This document shows, one piece after another, positions 38,306-48,799 of a stretch of 64,000 bases of DNA (positions within the stretch are counted from its first letter, which is position 1; each line of letters starts with the position of its first letter). A program made the position numbers and the translations under genes. Origin of the DNA: Nitrospirota bacterium. Lineage in GTDB: Bacteria > Nitrospirota > JACRHJ01. The notes beneath the pieces are model-generated. The model ran no database searches. It had not been told where the DNA came from and saw nothing but the letters and a program-made list of their open reading frames with translations. The DNA lies in assembly GCA_963698885.1 (NCBI GenBank), contig CAVOSJ010000003.1, positions 463,107-527,106 of the forward strand, read 5' to 3'.

Positions 38306-38774
38306 TTATGCCAATTCTCCTGCGCGTTTTATTAATATTTTTATTACTTCTTCTATCCAGATTATCTTTCTGTATTCAGTTAAAGAGTTTATCCTTCCAG
38401 CTTGCCTTATCTCGACTTCTTTTTCATCCCCTTCTTGATGGCTATTTCGCCATAGTTTATCAAGAACTTTTACATCAACTGTTATATTATTTCTGCAGCA
38501 ATCATCATGCTCCGTTTTCGTCTTGTAGCAAGACCAATACTTACTCGAAATACTGTAAGACATAATATGCCTTCGAAAGAAATTGTTCACTGCCTTGTTT
38601 AAATCCTAAATATCTATTAAGCATTGTTTCGAACTGTTCGGCATTTAAACAAAAATTTTCAGGAGGTTCATGCGGTAATTTCCTCTTTCTGATTTTAAAG
38701 ATACCTCAAAGCTCATTGATACAGGCATATCCACAGAGAAACTTATAACGTTTTTCTGTTTCAGACTGATTCAA
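38306..38774 (-). pseudogene. Cys-rich hypothetical protein (~160 aa) of the AT-rich islet, interrupted by an in-frame TGA (38706-38708) and a frame break near 38541
   Basis: The collinear pieces read (TTG)NQSETEKRYKFLCGYACINEL*GIFKIRKRKLPHEPPENFCLNAEQFETMLNRYLGFKQGSEQFLSKAYYVLQYFE / KYWSCYKTKTEHDDCCRNNITVDVKVLDKLWRNSHQEGDEKEVEIRQAGRINSLTEYRKIIWIEEVIKILIKRAGELA*. I recognise no family. Confidence 0.4.
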
Positions 38775-39020
38775 ATATAAATTCTAATTCTCTGTAACCA
38801 TATTTTAATGCTGCAAAATCTTCCCATTCATCAAGAGATTTTTCTACAATTTTTTTAAATTCTTCAACTTCTATATTTTGTTTAGGATGACTATTACTTT
38901 AAAATCTTCAATTGTTAAGTAGAAATCTTCCGTTTCTTTCTTCAACGGAATCGCGCTATCGTAGAAACACCTCTTATCTAATACTTTAAATTTATAAATT
39001 AATTCTTTAACATTCGCCAT
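38761..39020 (-). pseudogene. acidic hypothetical protein (~86 aa) of the AT-rich islet, frame break within 38874-38898
   Basis: The ATG at 39020 lies 4 nt after GGAGG. The pieces read MANVKELIYKFKVLDKRCFYDSAIPLKKETEDFYLTIEDFKVIV / HPKQNIEVEEFKKIVEKSLDEWEDFAALKYGYRELEFIFESV*. The span is 260 nt, one short of a multiple of 3. Confidence 0.45.
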
Positions 39021-39062
39021 TCCGCCTCCAATTTTTACACATTAGATAAAATATTTATTGTC

Positions 39063-39090
39063 AATATATTTCTGCCTATTTTTTAGGCAA
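39063..39090 (-). promoter_or_regulatory. candidate promoter (TTGCCT-16-TATATT) overlapped by a perfect palindrome TGCCTA-N5-TAGGCA (39073-39089)
   Basis: The minus strand reads TTGCCTaaaaaataggcagaaaTATATTgac..., about 40 nt upstream of the islet ORF-A ATG. Confidence 0.35.
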
Positions 39091-39598
39091 AATTAACTAT
39101 TCTCATTCCTCGGCAGTTCGCTCTTTGAAATACCTCCTGATTAGCTGGCCAAGCCATCAATTTTTAATGGCCGCCCATATATAAGTGGCTTTATGGGAGA
39201 AATTTTATGGGGTATCAAAAACAGGGGGTTTTCCCCTGCGCACGATGCTATTTCAGGGGGTCAGGGAGGGGTTTTTGATACGTCATTTTTAAACGGTAAA
39301 AATAACATTTTAATTTTAATTAACAATGAGTTACATCGCATAAAAAGCCGATTTTAAATTCACGAAAAATCCAATTTTCATCTCTGTAAGTAGTTGAAAA
39401 ATAAAGACTCACGTTGGCGTATCTGCCGCCTTTTCCCTTTCCCGCCCGCCTTTAATCAACGATTATTTATATGGAATCCCGCATCCGTAAAATTCCCAGG
39501 GTGCCTTCCCCCTCTTTCCCCTTGCCTCAGAATTATTAAAATGGTAAATTATACTGTTTTGTTTTACTGAAGATTACTCCCGGAGGTTTTCCGTCCTT

Positions 39599-42087
39599 AT
39601 GGATGAGAGATACAACCCAAAGACAATAGAAGCAAAATGGCAGAAGCTCTGGGACGAGACCCAGGCTTTCAAGGCCACGGAAGACCCGGCACGCCAAAAG
39701 TATTACGTCCTCGAAATGTTCCCCTACCCGTCCGGCAAGATACACATGGGGCATGTCCGGAACTACTCCATCGGCGACGTAATCGCGCGATACAAAAGGA
39801 TGCGCGGGTACAACGTCCTGCACCCGATGGGCTGGGACTCCTTCGGCCTGCCCGCCGAAAACGCCGCCATAAAGCACGGCATCCACCCGAACAAGTGGAC
39901 GCTTGAGAACATCGCCTACATGCGAAGCCAGCTAAAGCAGATGGGCCTGTCATACGACTGGTCCCGCGAGGTCGCCACCTGCCTGCCGGAATATTACAAA
40001 TGGAACCAGGTGTTCTTCGTGCGGATGCTTGAGAAGGGACTTGCGTACAAGAAGCTCGCCAGCGTGAACTGGTGCGAGTCCTGCAATACCGTGCTCGCCA
40101 ACGAGCAGGTGGAAGACGGCAAGTGCTGGCGGTGCGAATCGGTCGTGATGCAGAAGGAGCTTTCCCAGTGGTTCTACAAAATAACCGCATACGCGGAGGA
40201 ACTTCTTCAGTACCTGGATAAGCTCCCCGGCTGGCCGGAGCGCGTCCTTACGATGCAGAGGAACTGGATAGGCAAGTCCATCGGCTGCGAGATAGATTTT
40301 CAACTTAAAGACATACCTGGAATAGATAAAATTACCGTGTTCACCACGCGCGCCGACACCCTCTACGGCGCGACTTTCATGTCCATCGCCCCGGAGCACC
40401 CGCTGGTGCAGAGCTTATAAAAGGGCACTCGCAGGAGGCGGAAGTCCGGGCGTTCATAGAGAAAGTAAAGCGCACCAGCAAGATAGAGCGGACAGCCGAA
40501 ACGGCGGAGAAGGAAGGGGTCTTCACCGGCGCGTATGCGATAAATCCGGTGACTGAAGAACCTATACCGATCTGGGCGGCGAACTTCGTCCTGGCGGAAT
40601 ACGGGACCGGCGCGGTAATGGCCGTCCCCGCGCACGACCAGAGGGATTTCGAGTTCGCAAAAAAATACGGACTACAGGTAAAGACGGTAATCCAGCCCGC
40701 GGGAGAGACCCTTCAGGCCGATAAGATGCAGGCGGCATACGTGGACGAAGGAGTGATGACGTCGTCCGGCCCCTTCGACGGCACTCCCAACGCACTTGGC
40801 AAGGAAAAGGTCGCGGACTACCTCCAGTCAAAAGGCATCGGGAAGAAGACCGTGAACTACCGCCTCAGGGACTGGGGCATATCCCGTCAGCGCTACTGGG
40901 GCACGCCGATACCCATCATATACTGCGATAAATGCGGGGCCGTCCCGGTGCCGGAGAAAGATCTGCCGGTGCTGCTTCCGACAGACGTAACGTTTACCGG
41001 CCTGGGCGCTTCTCCTCTCACGACGTCAAAAGAGTTCCTGAGCGTGAAATGTCCCGTGTGCGGGGCTGACGCCAGACGCGAGACGGACACGATGGACACG
41101 TTCATGGACTCGTCGTGGTATTTCCTTCGTTACACCGGCTGGGACAATGACACGCCGTTTAAAAAAGAGAACGCAGGCTACTGGATGGCCGGCGGCGGCG
41201 TGGACCAGTACATCGGCGGCATCGAGCACGCGGTGCTCCACCTCCTGTACGCGCGCTTCTTCAATAAAGTGCTTCGGGACCTGGGCCTTACGGATGCCGA
41301 CGAGCCGTTCCGGAACCTCCTTACGCAGGGGATGGTCATAAAGGACGGGGCGAAGATGTCCAAGTCCAAGGGCAACGTTGTGGACCCGGACGAGCTTATA
41401 CGCGAGTACGGCGCGGACACCGCGAGACTGTTCTCTTTATTCGCGTCCCCGCCGGAAAAAGACCTGGAGTGGTCCGAACAGGGCGTGGACGGTTCCTTCC
41501 GGTTTCTCTCGCGCATCTTTCGGCTCGTGCGCGAAAACCTGGACGTCATTAAGACCGCACCTCTCACACATGGAGACGATGCCTCCACGAAGGTGAAAGA
41601 CCTTCGCCGCGCTACTCATAAGGCAATAAAAAAAGTGACGGAAGATATAGAGGACAGCTTCCATTTCAATACCGCGATATCCGCCATCATGGAACTGGTG
41701 AACGCGCTCTATCAGTTTGAAATAAATAAAAGCGATAAGGATGACGCGGCCGCCCTCCGGGAGGCAGTGGAAGCCCTGGTGCTTCTTATCTCGCCGTTCG
41801 CCCCGCACATCGCATCCGAGCTATGGGAGGCGCAGGGAAAGGGAGGCAGTATCGAGTCTATCCCCTGGCCCGTGTTCGACCCGGAGCTTATAAAGTCGGA
41901 CGAGATACTCGTAGTGGTGCAGGTAAACGGGAAGGTGCGGGACAGGATAACCGTACCCGCGGAGTCGGCTGACGAGTATGTAAAGGAGCTTGCGCTCTCG
42001 CAGGACAAGGTCCGGCAGTTCATGGGCGGCAAAGAGCCGAAGAAGGTAATCTACGTGAAGTCCAAGCTCGTTAGTATTGTGGTATAG
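39599..42087 (+). pseudogene. leuS: leucine--tRNA ligase, frame broken near 40407
   Basis: ORF 39599..40420 carries the HMGH-type [15 protein letters not shown] motif. ORF 40549..42087 carries KMSKSKGN. The second frame is open back to about 40399 (..[31 protein letters not shown]..), so a single indel explains the split. Confidence 0.95.
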
Positions 42088-42096
42088 GATATCTAC

Positions 42097-42609
42097 ATGA
42101 AAAAATTGTTCTGTATATTTTTACTGTTGACCCTGCCCGCCTGCGGCTATCAGCTCGCCAGGACCGGCACCGTGACCGGAAAGGGCGCCGGGAAATACAA
42201 GGTCTCCATCCCGCTGTTCGAGAACGATTCATGGGCGCCGCTGGTCGAGAAGGACGTGACGGAAGCGCTGAAAGAGGATATCGCCCTGGACGGGCGCTGG
42301 GTCCTTACGGATAGCGGGGACGAGGATATACTCGTTACGGGCAAGGTGAAGAGGATGGAACTTGCGCCGCTGTCTTACGACCCGAGCGACAGGGTACTCG
42401 AATACCGCCTGAAGCTGCACATGGACGTTAAGGTCTCGGATATTAAATCCGGGAAGGTGCTCTGGAAGGAAGACGATTTCGTGTCCTACGCCGATTACCG
42501 GTTAACCGTGGACGTTACAAAAAGCAAAATCCGTCAGGAAGAGGCTATCAAATACGCCTCGAAGAATTTCGCGGATGAATTCATAATAAGGGTGCTGGAT
42601 ATTTTCTGA
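42097..42609 (+). CDS. lptE: LPS-assembly lipoprotein LptE
   Basis: A lipobox is followed by the LptE hallmark (LTLPACGYQLARTG). The protein is 170 aa. The leuS-lptE-holA synteny is conserved. Confidence 0.85.
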   Translation: MKKLFCIFLLLTLPACGYQLARTGTVTGKGAGKYKVSIPLFENDSWAPLVEKDVTEALKEDIALDGRWVLTDSGDEDILVTGKVKRMELAPLSYDPSDRVLEYRLKLHMDVKVSDIKSGKVLWKEDDFVSYADYRLTVDVTKSKIRQEEAIKYASKNFADEFIIRVLDIF

Positions 42610-43568
42610 TGAAGAAATCGATCAATCATAAGGCCCTGTTCGACCACCTGGATAAAAGCCGCGCGACCGGCCTTGCCACGGCATATCTCCTTACGGGGGA
42701 GGAGCTTTATTTCGCGGACAGGGCGCTGGCAGCCATCACGGAGAAGGCCCTGGCTGGCGCTCCGAGGGATTTCAACCTCGATGTCTTCTACGGAAAAGAC
42801 ACGAAGGCGTCAGAGGTCGCGGCGCAGGCGTCCACTCTTCCGATGATGGCCGAGAGGCGTCTGGTGGTGCTGAAAGAGGCGGATAAGCTCCGAGACCTGG
42901 GGCCGCTGAAGGAGTATCTTAAATCGCCTTCCCCTGACAGTGTCCTGGTAATGGTAGCAATGGGCGCGGAACGCTCGAAAGAGCGGACTCTCTCGGAATT
43001 GCTCCCGGACGATGGCGTCTATGTCCATTTCTGGCGGCCCCGGGATTATGAGATACCGGACCTGGTCCAGAGGTTAGTTAAGGCAAACGGCTTCACGATT
43101 GACCGGGGCGCGGTTTTATACCTCGCGGAGACCCTTTCCGGCAACCTCGCCCTGATAGAGGCGGAGCTTAACAAGGTTTTTAACCTCCTTGGCGACAGAC
43201 GCGGCGTGAAGGAGGAGGACGTTAAGGAGTCGGTGGGGGATTTCGGCCTCCCGGCGGTGTTCGAGCTGGCGGACGCGGCGGCTGCGAAGGATGCCTCGAA
43301 AGCGATAGAGACGCTGGAGAAGCTCCTCCGGGACGGCGAGGAGCCGCTGAAGCTTCTTGCAATACTCGCGGGCCATTGGCGTAAGATGTCTGCGGGCGAC
43401 GAGGGCGGGTTTAAGGGGCAGAAAGCCCCCGCGAGGACGATATCGGAAGATGACGCCGTCCGCGCATTCGGCTTATTCCAGAAGGCGGACAGGGACCTTA
43501 AAGGGTCTCCCGTGCCGCCTAGGCTGATAGTGGAACGGCTTGTGCTGGAACTTTCGGGGGCTGTTTAA
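42609..43568 (+). CDS. holA: DNA polymerase III subunit delta
   Basis: The protein is 319 aa and its N-terminus reads YLLTGEELYFADRAL. The call also rests on synteny after lptE. Confidence 0.85.
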   Translation: MKKSINHKALFDHLDKSRATGLATAYLLTGEELYFADRALAAITEKALAGAPRDFNLDVFYGKDTKASEVAAQASTLPMMAERRLVVLKEADKLRDLGPLKEYLKSPSPDSVLVMVAMGAERSKERTLSELLPDDGVYVHFWRPRDYEIPDLVQRLVKANGFTIDRGAVLYLAETLSGNLALIEAELNKVFNLLGDRRGVKEEDVKESVGDFGLPAVFELADAAAAKDASKAIETLEKLLRDGEEPLKLLAILAGHWRKMSAGDEGGFKGQKAPARTISEDDAVRAFGLFQKADRDLKGSPVPPRLIVERLVLELSGAV

Positions 43569-43837
43569 GCCCCCTGAGTGGCAGATTTGTGAAGCTTTTT
43601 AGAGAGGCGTGAAATTTTGCGAGACGCGGCGTTTTTGTGGATTATGCCTTTTGAAGCGGCCTTCGATATGGCCGGGACGGCCGATGCCAATAACTCCTTG
43701 GCGGCCTCCGGGTCCTTCGCCACGGTCGTATTAAAGCTCTTTACGATAGTTCTGAGCGCCGCTTTCGCCTGGCGGTTCCTCTCCCTGCGGACGAGAGATT
43801 GTTTGTTCCTTTTCAGGGCTGACTTATGGTTTGCCAA
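43565..43837 (-). CDS. rpsT: 30S ribosomal protein S20
   Basis: The sequence begins MANHKSALKRNKQSLVRRERNRQAKAALRT.... The protein is 90 aa. Confidence 0.95.
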   Translation of the reverse strand: MANHKSALKRNKQSLVRRERNRQAKAALRTIVKSFNTTVAKDPEAAKELLASAVPAISKAASKGIIHKNAASRKISRLSKKLHKSATQGA

Positions 43838-43912
43838 ATCCGACCTCCTTGGTGTTTTTAAACGAAGTTAAATTATTTAACACAACGAGCATTCCAAGTC
43901 AAGGATTAATTT

Positions 43913-45778
43913 ATGCCAGTCACCGTACGAATGAGCCTTAAGACCAAGATTTTCCTGATATTCTTCGTGATGGACCTCGCGGTTATCCTGCTGCTGGGGT
44001 TCGTCTCCTACCAGTCCAAGAAAGACGCGCTGAAGCGCCAGACCGAAAACAGCCTATCCATCATGGCTTCGGAGCTTGCGGACAAGGTGGACCGCTACCT
44101 TGAGGATAAGTACGAAGACACCCGCGCGATCGCGCTGCATTACTCGCTCCACGGACTGAAGACCACCACAAGCAGCCAGAATGCGATACTTTCCGAATAC
44201 ATGAAGATATATCCTTATTACGACCATATGAGCGTTATAAACGTCGAGGACATAAGAAAACCCGGCGGGAAAAGTTACAGTAACTCCTGGTTCCTTCCGG
44301 CCTTGAACGGCCAGGTCACGTCATCGGACATGTATATATCCCCCTTGACCGACAAGCCTACCATGTCTTTCGCGGCGCCCGTTTATGATCAGCAAGGAAG
44401 GCTGGTCAGCATCATCACGGCAAACCTGAAACTGGAAAATATCTGGGAAATTCTGGATGCGGTGGCGAAGGAGAACAAGGCTTCCGGGCATACCGGTTAT
44501 GCCTTCCTCCTGAACAGAGAGGGCCTCCTTATCGCCCACCCCAAAGACGAACTCCTTCAGCCGCAGCCACACATGCCCCCGGATATGAAGAAAATGGTCC
44601 ATGACATGACTAGCGGTAAGCGGGGTACGGCCTATTATTCCTCCAGAAAAGGCGTCCAGAAACTGGCCGGTTTCGCGCCGCTCAAGGGCTTCGGGGACTA
44701 CAAGGGGCATGGCTGGTCCGTGGGAGTCAATGAAAATTATTCGGAACTGCAGGACCCGATGAACCGCCTGCTCAAGATATATTTCATGCTTTTCATCATT
44801 ACGGCTTTCGGCGCGTTCGTGATTTCCAGGTATCTTGCCGGGTATATAGTAAAACCTGTCAACGAGTTGAGGGATGGCGCGGCCAAAATAGGAGCAGGCG
44901 ATTTCGCCTTGAGGATCCCCCATAAACACGAGGACGAGATAGGAGAACTGGCGAACTCGTTCAACAGCATGGCGAATGCCCTCCAGGAAAGGGACGTGAA
45001 AATAAACGAGTACAACGACTATTTAAAAGACGCTAATTACCAACTCGAAAGGACGAACGATGAACTCGTCCGTCTGGAGAAGGAAAAAGCGGATTTTAAC
45101 GCCATGATAACGCATGACATAAAGTCGCCGCTTTCCACCATCCTGACGTATGCGGAAATGATCGGCGACGGCACCCTTTCGGGCGAAGACGAGCTGCATA
45201 AGGCCATGACCAGCGTGTACGCGAGCGGCAAAAAGATTTTGACCCTCGTCGATAACTACCTGGTCTCGTCCGCAATCGACGCCGGAAAGCTGAAACTTAA
45301 CGTCCAGCCTGTCAGCATAAATGAACTTATCGAGGATTCCATGACTTTCTTCATCCCCCAGGCGGAGAGGAAGAACGTAAAGATCTCTTTCCTGAAAGGG
45401 ACCGGCCTCCCGCGCATCATGGCGGACAAGGTGCAGCTCGACCGGGTGATGGGAAATATACTGGGCAACGCGCTGAAGTATATTCCCTCCGGGTCGTCGG
45501 TTACAGTCTCGACAAAGGCCGCGGAGGATGGGATCGAGATAGTCATATCCGATACCGGCAAAGGGATACCGGAAAAGGACGTCGATACGATGTTCCAGAA
45601 ATTCCGCCGCTCCAGCGCAACGGGAAAAATAGAGGGCATGGGCCTCGGCCTCTATATCGCCAAGGCCGTTACCGAAGCGCACGGCGGGAGCATCTCACTG
45701 ACGAGCCGCGTGGGCGAAGGCACCACCTTCACCGTCCGCCTTCCGGCAATGACCCGGTTAAGCGGCCCCGCTTCATGA
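43913..45778 (+). CDS. sensor histidine kinase (TM - Cache-like periplasmic domain - HAMP - HisKA - HATPase_c)
   Basis: The H-box is FNAMITHDIKSPLS. N, G1 and G2 boxes are present (GNALKY, DTGKGI, GMGLGL). The HAMP domain reads VKPVNELRDGAAKIGAGDF. Confidence 0.92.
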   Translation: MPVTVRMSLKTKIFLIFFVMDLAVILLLGFVSYQSKKDALKRQTENSLSIMASELADKVDRYLEDKYEDTRAIALHYSLHGLKTTTSSQNAILSEYMKIYPYYDHMSVINVEDIRKPGGKSYSNSWFLPALNGQVTSSDMYISPLTDKPTMSFAAPVYDQQGRLVSIITANLKLENIWEILDAVAKENKASGHTGYAFLLNREGLLIAHPKDELLQPQPHMPPDMKKMVHDMTSGKRGTAYYSSRKGVQKLAGFAPLKGFGDYKGHGWSVGVNENYSELQDPMNRLLKIYFMLFIITAFGAFVISRYLAGYIVKPVNELRDGAAKIGAGDFALRIPHKHEDEIGELANSFNSMANALQERDVKINEYNDYLKDANYQLERTNDELVRLEKEKADFNAMITHDIKSPLSTILTYAEMIGDGTLSGEDELHKAMTSVYASGKKILTLVDNYLVSSAIDAGKLKLNVQPVSINELIEDSMTFFIPQAERKNVKISFLKGTGLPRIMADKVQLDRVMGNILGNALKYIPSGSSVTVSTKAAEDGIEIVISDTGKGIPEKDVDTMFQKFRRSSATGKIEGMGLGLYIAKAVTEAHGGSISLTSRVGEGTTFTVRLPAMTRLSGPAS

Positions 45779-47343
45779 GCGAACAGACGAGCGTCACCCG
45801 CGCCGCCTGGTCGATAAGCCTCGTGACGGCCGTCTCGCGTATTCTTGGTTTCATCCGGGTCATGGTAATCGCCAGGATATTCGGCGCGGGGATGGTTGCA
45901 GACGCCTTTTTCCAGGCCTTCAGGATAAGCAACATCCTCCGCGAAGTGCTGGCGGAAGGATCGATGTCCGCGGCCTTCATCCCGGTCTTCACGGAATACT
46001 TCCATACTAAATCAAAAGAGGAAGCCAGGGAACTGGCAAGCTCCATCTTCTATATCCTGCTTTTCATATGCACGGGGGTAGTAACGCTCGGCATAATCTT
46101 TTCACCGGAGATCGTAAACGCCATCGCGCACGGCTTTGCCAGGTATCCCGAGAAGTTCGCGCTGACTGTAAAGCTCACCAGGATAATGTTCCCGTACGTC
46201 ATGTTCGTCGGCCTCGCCGCGGTCACGATGGGCATGCTCAATTCCCTTGGCTCCTTTACCGTGCCCGCGCTCTCTCCTGTGATGCTGAACCTCTCGATGA
46301 TCGGGTTTGCGCTCTATGTATCCCCTCATATGGAGACGCCTATAGTCGGACTGGCGCTGGGTGTCGTGTTCGGGGGGCTCTTGCAGCTGCTCATCCAGCT
46401 CCCGCCGCTTAAGAAAAAGGGGATGGGTTTTCTCTTCATGATCAGGCCGCGCGACCCAGGCGTCAGGAAGGTCGGACGCCTCACGATTCCGGTCATCGGC
46501 AGCCAGGCCTCTACCCAGATAAACATGTTCATAAGCAGCCTGATCGCGACTTACCTGCCCGAAGGCAGCGTCTCATATCTATTTTACGCAACTACCCTGT
46601 TCCAGTTCCCGCACGGAATTTTCGGGGTTTCAATTACCACGGCGGTCCTGCCCAGCATGTCGCGCCAGGCCGCCGTGGGCGATTATGACGGCCTGAAAGA
46701 TACGCTCTCTTTCGGACTTCGATACATTCTTTTCATTATGGTCCCGTCGATGGTCGGCCTCATCGTGCTGAGCGTCCCGATTACCAGCCTCCTTTTTCAA
46801 AGGGGCACGTTCACTTATGCGTCAACCGTAAATACCGCCTACGCGCTCCAATTCTATAGCCTGGGCCTTTGGGCTTACTCCTGGGTCAGGGTTATAAACG
46901 CCGCCTTTTATTCGCTGCACGATACCAGGACACCGGTAATGGGGGCGTTCCTCGCGGTAACGGTCAACGCGACGTTAAGCCTTCTCTTGATGGGCCCGCT
47001 GAAACACGGCGGCCTCGCGCTCGCCACCGCGGTCGCTTCAATGGTAAACATGTCGCTGCTTCTATTTCTTTTCAGGAGAAGGATGGGACGGATAGGGGCG
47101 AAAAAGATTTTTATATCGGCTATAAAAATAGTCCTGGCCGCCGCCGTGATGGGCGTCGTATGTTATTATATAGGCCGGGGCGATTTATGGGCGCTAAGCG
47201 GCCATACCGCCAGGAAGGGCGCGATAGTCGGCGCGGCAATCACCGCCGGCCTTGCCGTCTATTGCCTCATACTCTATTTTCTTAAAAGCGAAGAGTTGTC
47301 ATTCATAACCAACATGTTAAGGCGAAAGGTGCTTCATAAATGA
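45775..47343 (+). CDS. murJ: lipid II flippase MurJ (MviN)
   Basis: The 522-aa polytopic protein has the N-terminus SRILGFIRVMVIARIFGAGMVADAFFQAFRI. Confidence 0.93.
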   Translation: MSEQTSVTRAAWSISLVTAVSRILGFIRVMVIARIFGAGMVADAFFQAFRISNILREVLAEGSMSAAFIPVFTEYFHTKSKEEARELASSIFYILLFICTGVVTLGIIFSPEIVNAIAHGFARYPEKFALTVKLTRIMFPYVMFVGLAAVTMGMLNSLGSFTVPALSPVMLNLSMIGFALYVSPHMETPIVGLALGVVFGGLLQLLIQLPPLKKKGMGFLFMIRPRDPGVRKVGRLTIPVIGSQASTQINMFISSLIATYLPEGSVSYLFYATTLFQFPHGIFGVSITTAVLPSMSRQAAVGDYDGLKDTLSFGLRYILFIMVPSMVGLIVLSVPITSLLFQRGTFTYASTVNTAYALQFYSLGLWAYSWVRVINAAFYSLHDTRTPVMGAFLAVTVNATLSLLLMGPLKHGGLALATAVASMVNMSLLLFLFRRRMGRIGAKKIFISAIKIVLAAAVMGVVCYYIGRGDLWALSGHTARKGAIVGAAITAGLAVYCLILYFLKSEELSFITNMLRRKVLHK

Positions 47344-47967
47344 TCCTTGAAACTATCGCGGTGGGCGCGCTCGCGGTAAATTGTTATATCGTCGGCTCCG
47401 AGGCGACTCACGAGGCCGCGGTGATAGACCCGGGCGACGACGCGGAAAAAATAAACGCCGTCCTGCACCGGCGGGGCCTGAAGCTGAAATATATAATTTT
47501 AACCCACGCGCATTTCGACCATGCGGGCGCGGCAAAGGAACTCTTTGAGAAGACCCGCGCTTCGGTCATGGTGCACGAGAAGGACGCGGCCTCTCCTGAA
47601 AAATATTTCCGTTCAGGCCGCGATTTTCGGGATGCATGTGGAAGAGCCTCCGAGGCCGGACATTTTTTTGAAGGGCGGGGACAAGATAAAAATCGGGGAC
47701 GTAGAGATGGAGGTCATCGAGACGCCGGGGCACACGCCCGGAGGCATCAGCCTGTACATAAAAAAGGCGAATGTCGTCTTCACCGGCGACACGCTATTCT
47801 GGGGCTCGATAGGCAGGACGGACCTTCCCGGCGGGGACTACAACACCATCATCCATTCCCTGAAAGACAAGCTAGGCAATCTCCCGGACGATACGAAGGT
47901 TTATCCCGGACACGGCGACGATACGACGATAGGTCTTGAGAAGAAGCAGAACCCGTATTTCGGGTAA
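47340..47967 (+). pseudogene. MBL-fold hydrolase (glyoxalase II / YcbL-like), frame break near 47592
   Basis: ORF 47340..47939 supplies the N-terminus with THAHFDH. ORF 47521..47967 supplies ..LLKNISVQAAIFGM...ETPGHTPGGISLY...GDTLF...GRTDLPGGD...PGHG. Confidence 0.85.
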
Positions 47968-47989
47968 TTTTTTGTCCAGGCCTTCGAGG

Positions 47990-48799
47990 GTCAGCGTCCC
48001 GCTTTTATAATCGCCGCCTTCAACTCCCGCGCGAACTTTCCGGCCTCCCTCACCGCTTCTTCGGGGCTTGAGCCGCCTTCTCTATTTTTCCCACTATGGC
48101 GCTGCCGACAATTACGCCGTCGGCAATTTTAGCCATCTCGCCCGCCTGCTCCGGGGTCGAGATGCCGAAGCCCACACAGACGGGTTTTTTGCTCATCCGC
48201 TTAATCTTCCTGACGGCTTTATCGATGCCCGTTGACATGCTTGCGCGGGCCCCGGTAACGCCGGTGAGCGAGACGTAATATATGAACCCGCCGCCGCTTC
48301 CCGCTACCATGTTTATCCTGTCGTCGTCCGACGTCGGCGCGAGGAGGAATATGAGGTCCAGCCCCCGGCTCCCGCAATGTGCCGATAGTGTCGAGGCTTC
48401 TTCCGGCGGCAGGTCCGGCACGATGAACCCGTCCACGCCCGCCCTTTTAGAGTCCTCCGCGAATTTTTCCTCGCCGTATTTATGCACGAGGTTATAATAC
48501 AGCATCAGGATGATTGGGATCCCGGAGGATTTCCGGAGTTCCTTTACCAGCGCGAATATTTTTTTTAAGTTCGCTTTCTGCTTGAGCGCGCGTATCGCCG
48601 CGCGCTGAATCGTCGGGCCGTCCGCGAGCGGGTCGGAGAAAGGGACGCCAAGCTCGACCATGTCCGCGCCGGATTTCTCCAGTTCCAGGACTATCCGGGC
48701 CGTCGTCTGAAGGTCCGGGTCCCCCGCCATGACGTACGGGATGAATGCGGCCTGTTTTTTTTCTTTCAGTTCGGTAAGCTTATTTTCTATGCGGGACAT
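47990..48799 (-). pseudogene. trpA: tryptophan synthase alpha chain, C-terminal frame break within 48075-48090
   Basis: ORF 48050..48799 is TrpA up to ..GSAIVGKIE. The neighbouring frame continues (E)GGSSPEEAVREAGKFARELKAAIIKAGR* with its stop at 47990-47992. That matches a normal TrpA C-terminal helix better than ..AAQAPKKR*. Confidence 0.85.

Noticed and set aside
39193-39369. 58-codon plus-strand ORF (MGEILWGIKNRGFSPAHDAISGGQGGVFDTSF...) across the structured element in the islet
   Set aside because: It has no SD and a low-complexity translation. It is created largely by the G-rich hairpin arms, so the RNA-structure interpretation is favoured. I cannot fully exclude it.
38233-39420. The islet as a classical mobile element (IS, MITE or integrative element)
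   Set aside because: I found no transposase or integrase, no terminal inverted repeats and no target-site duplication or tRNA-linked att site. I therefore left it as an islet of unknown origin rather than calling a mobile_element.
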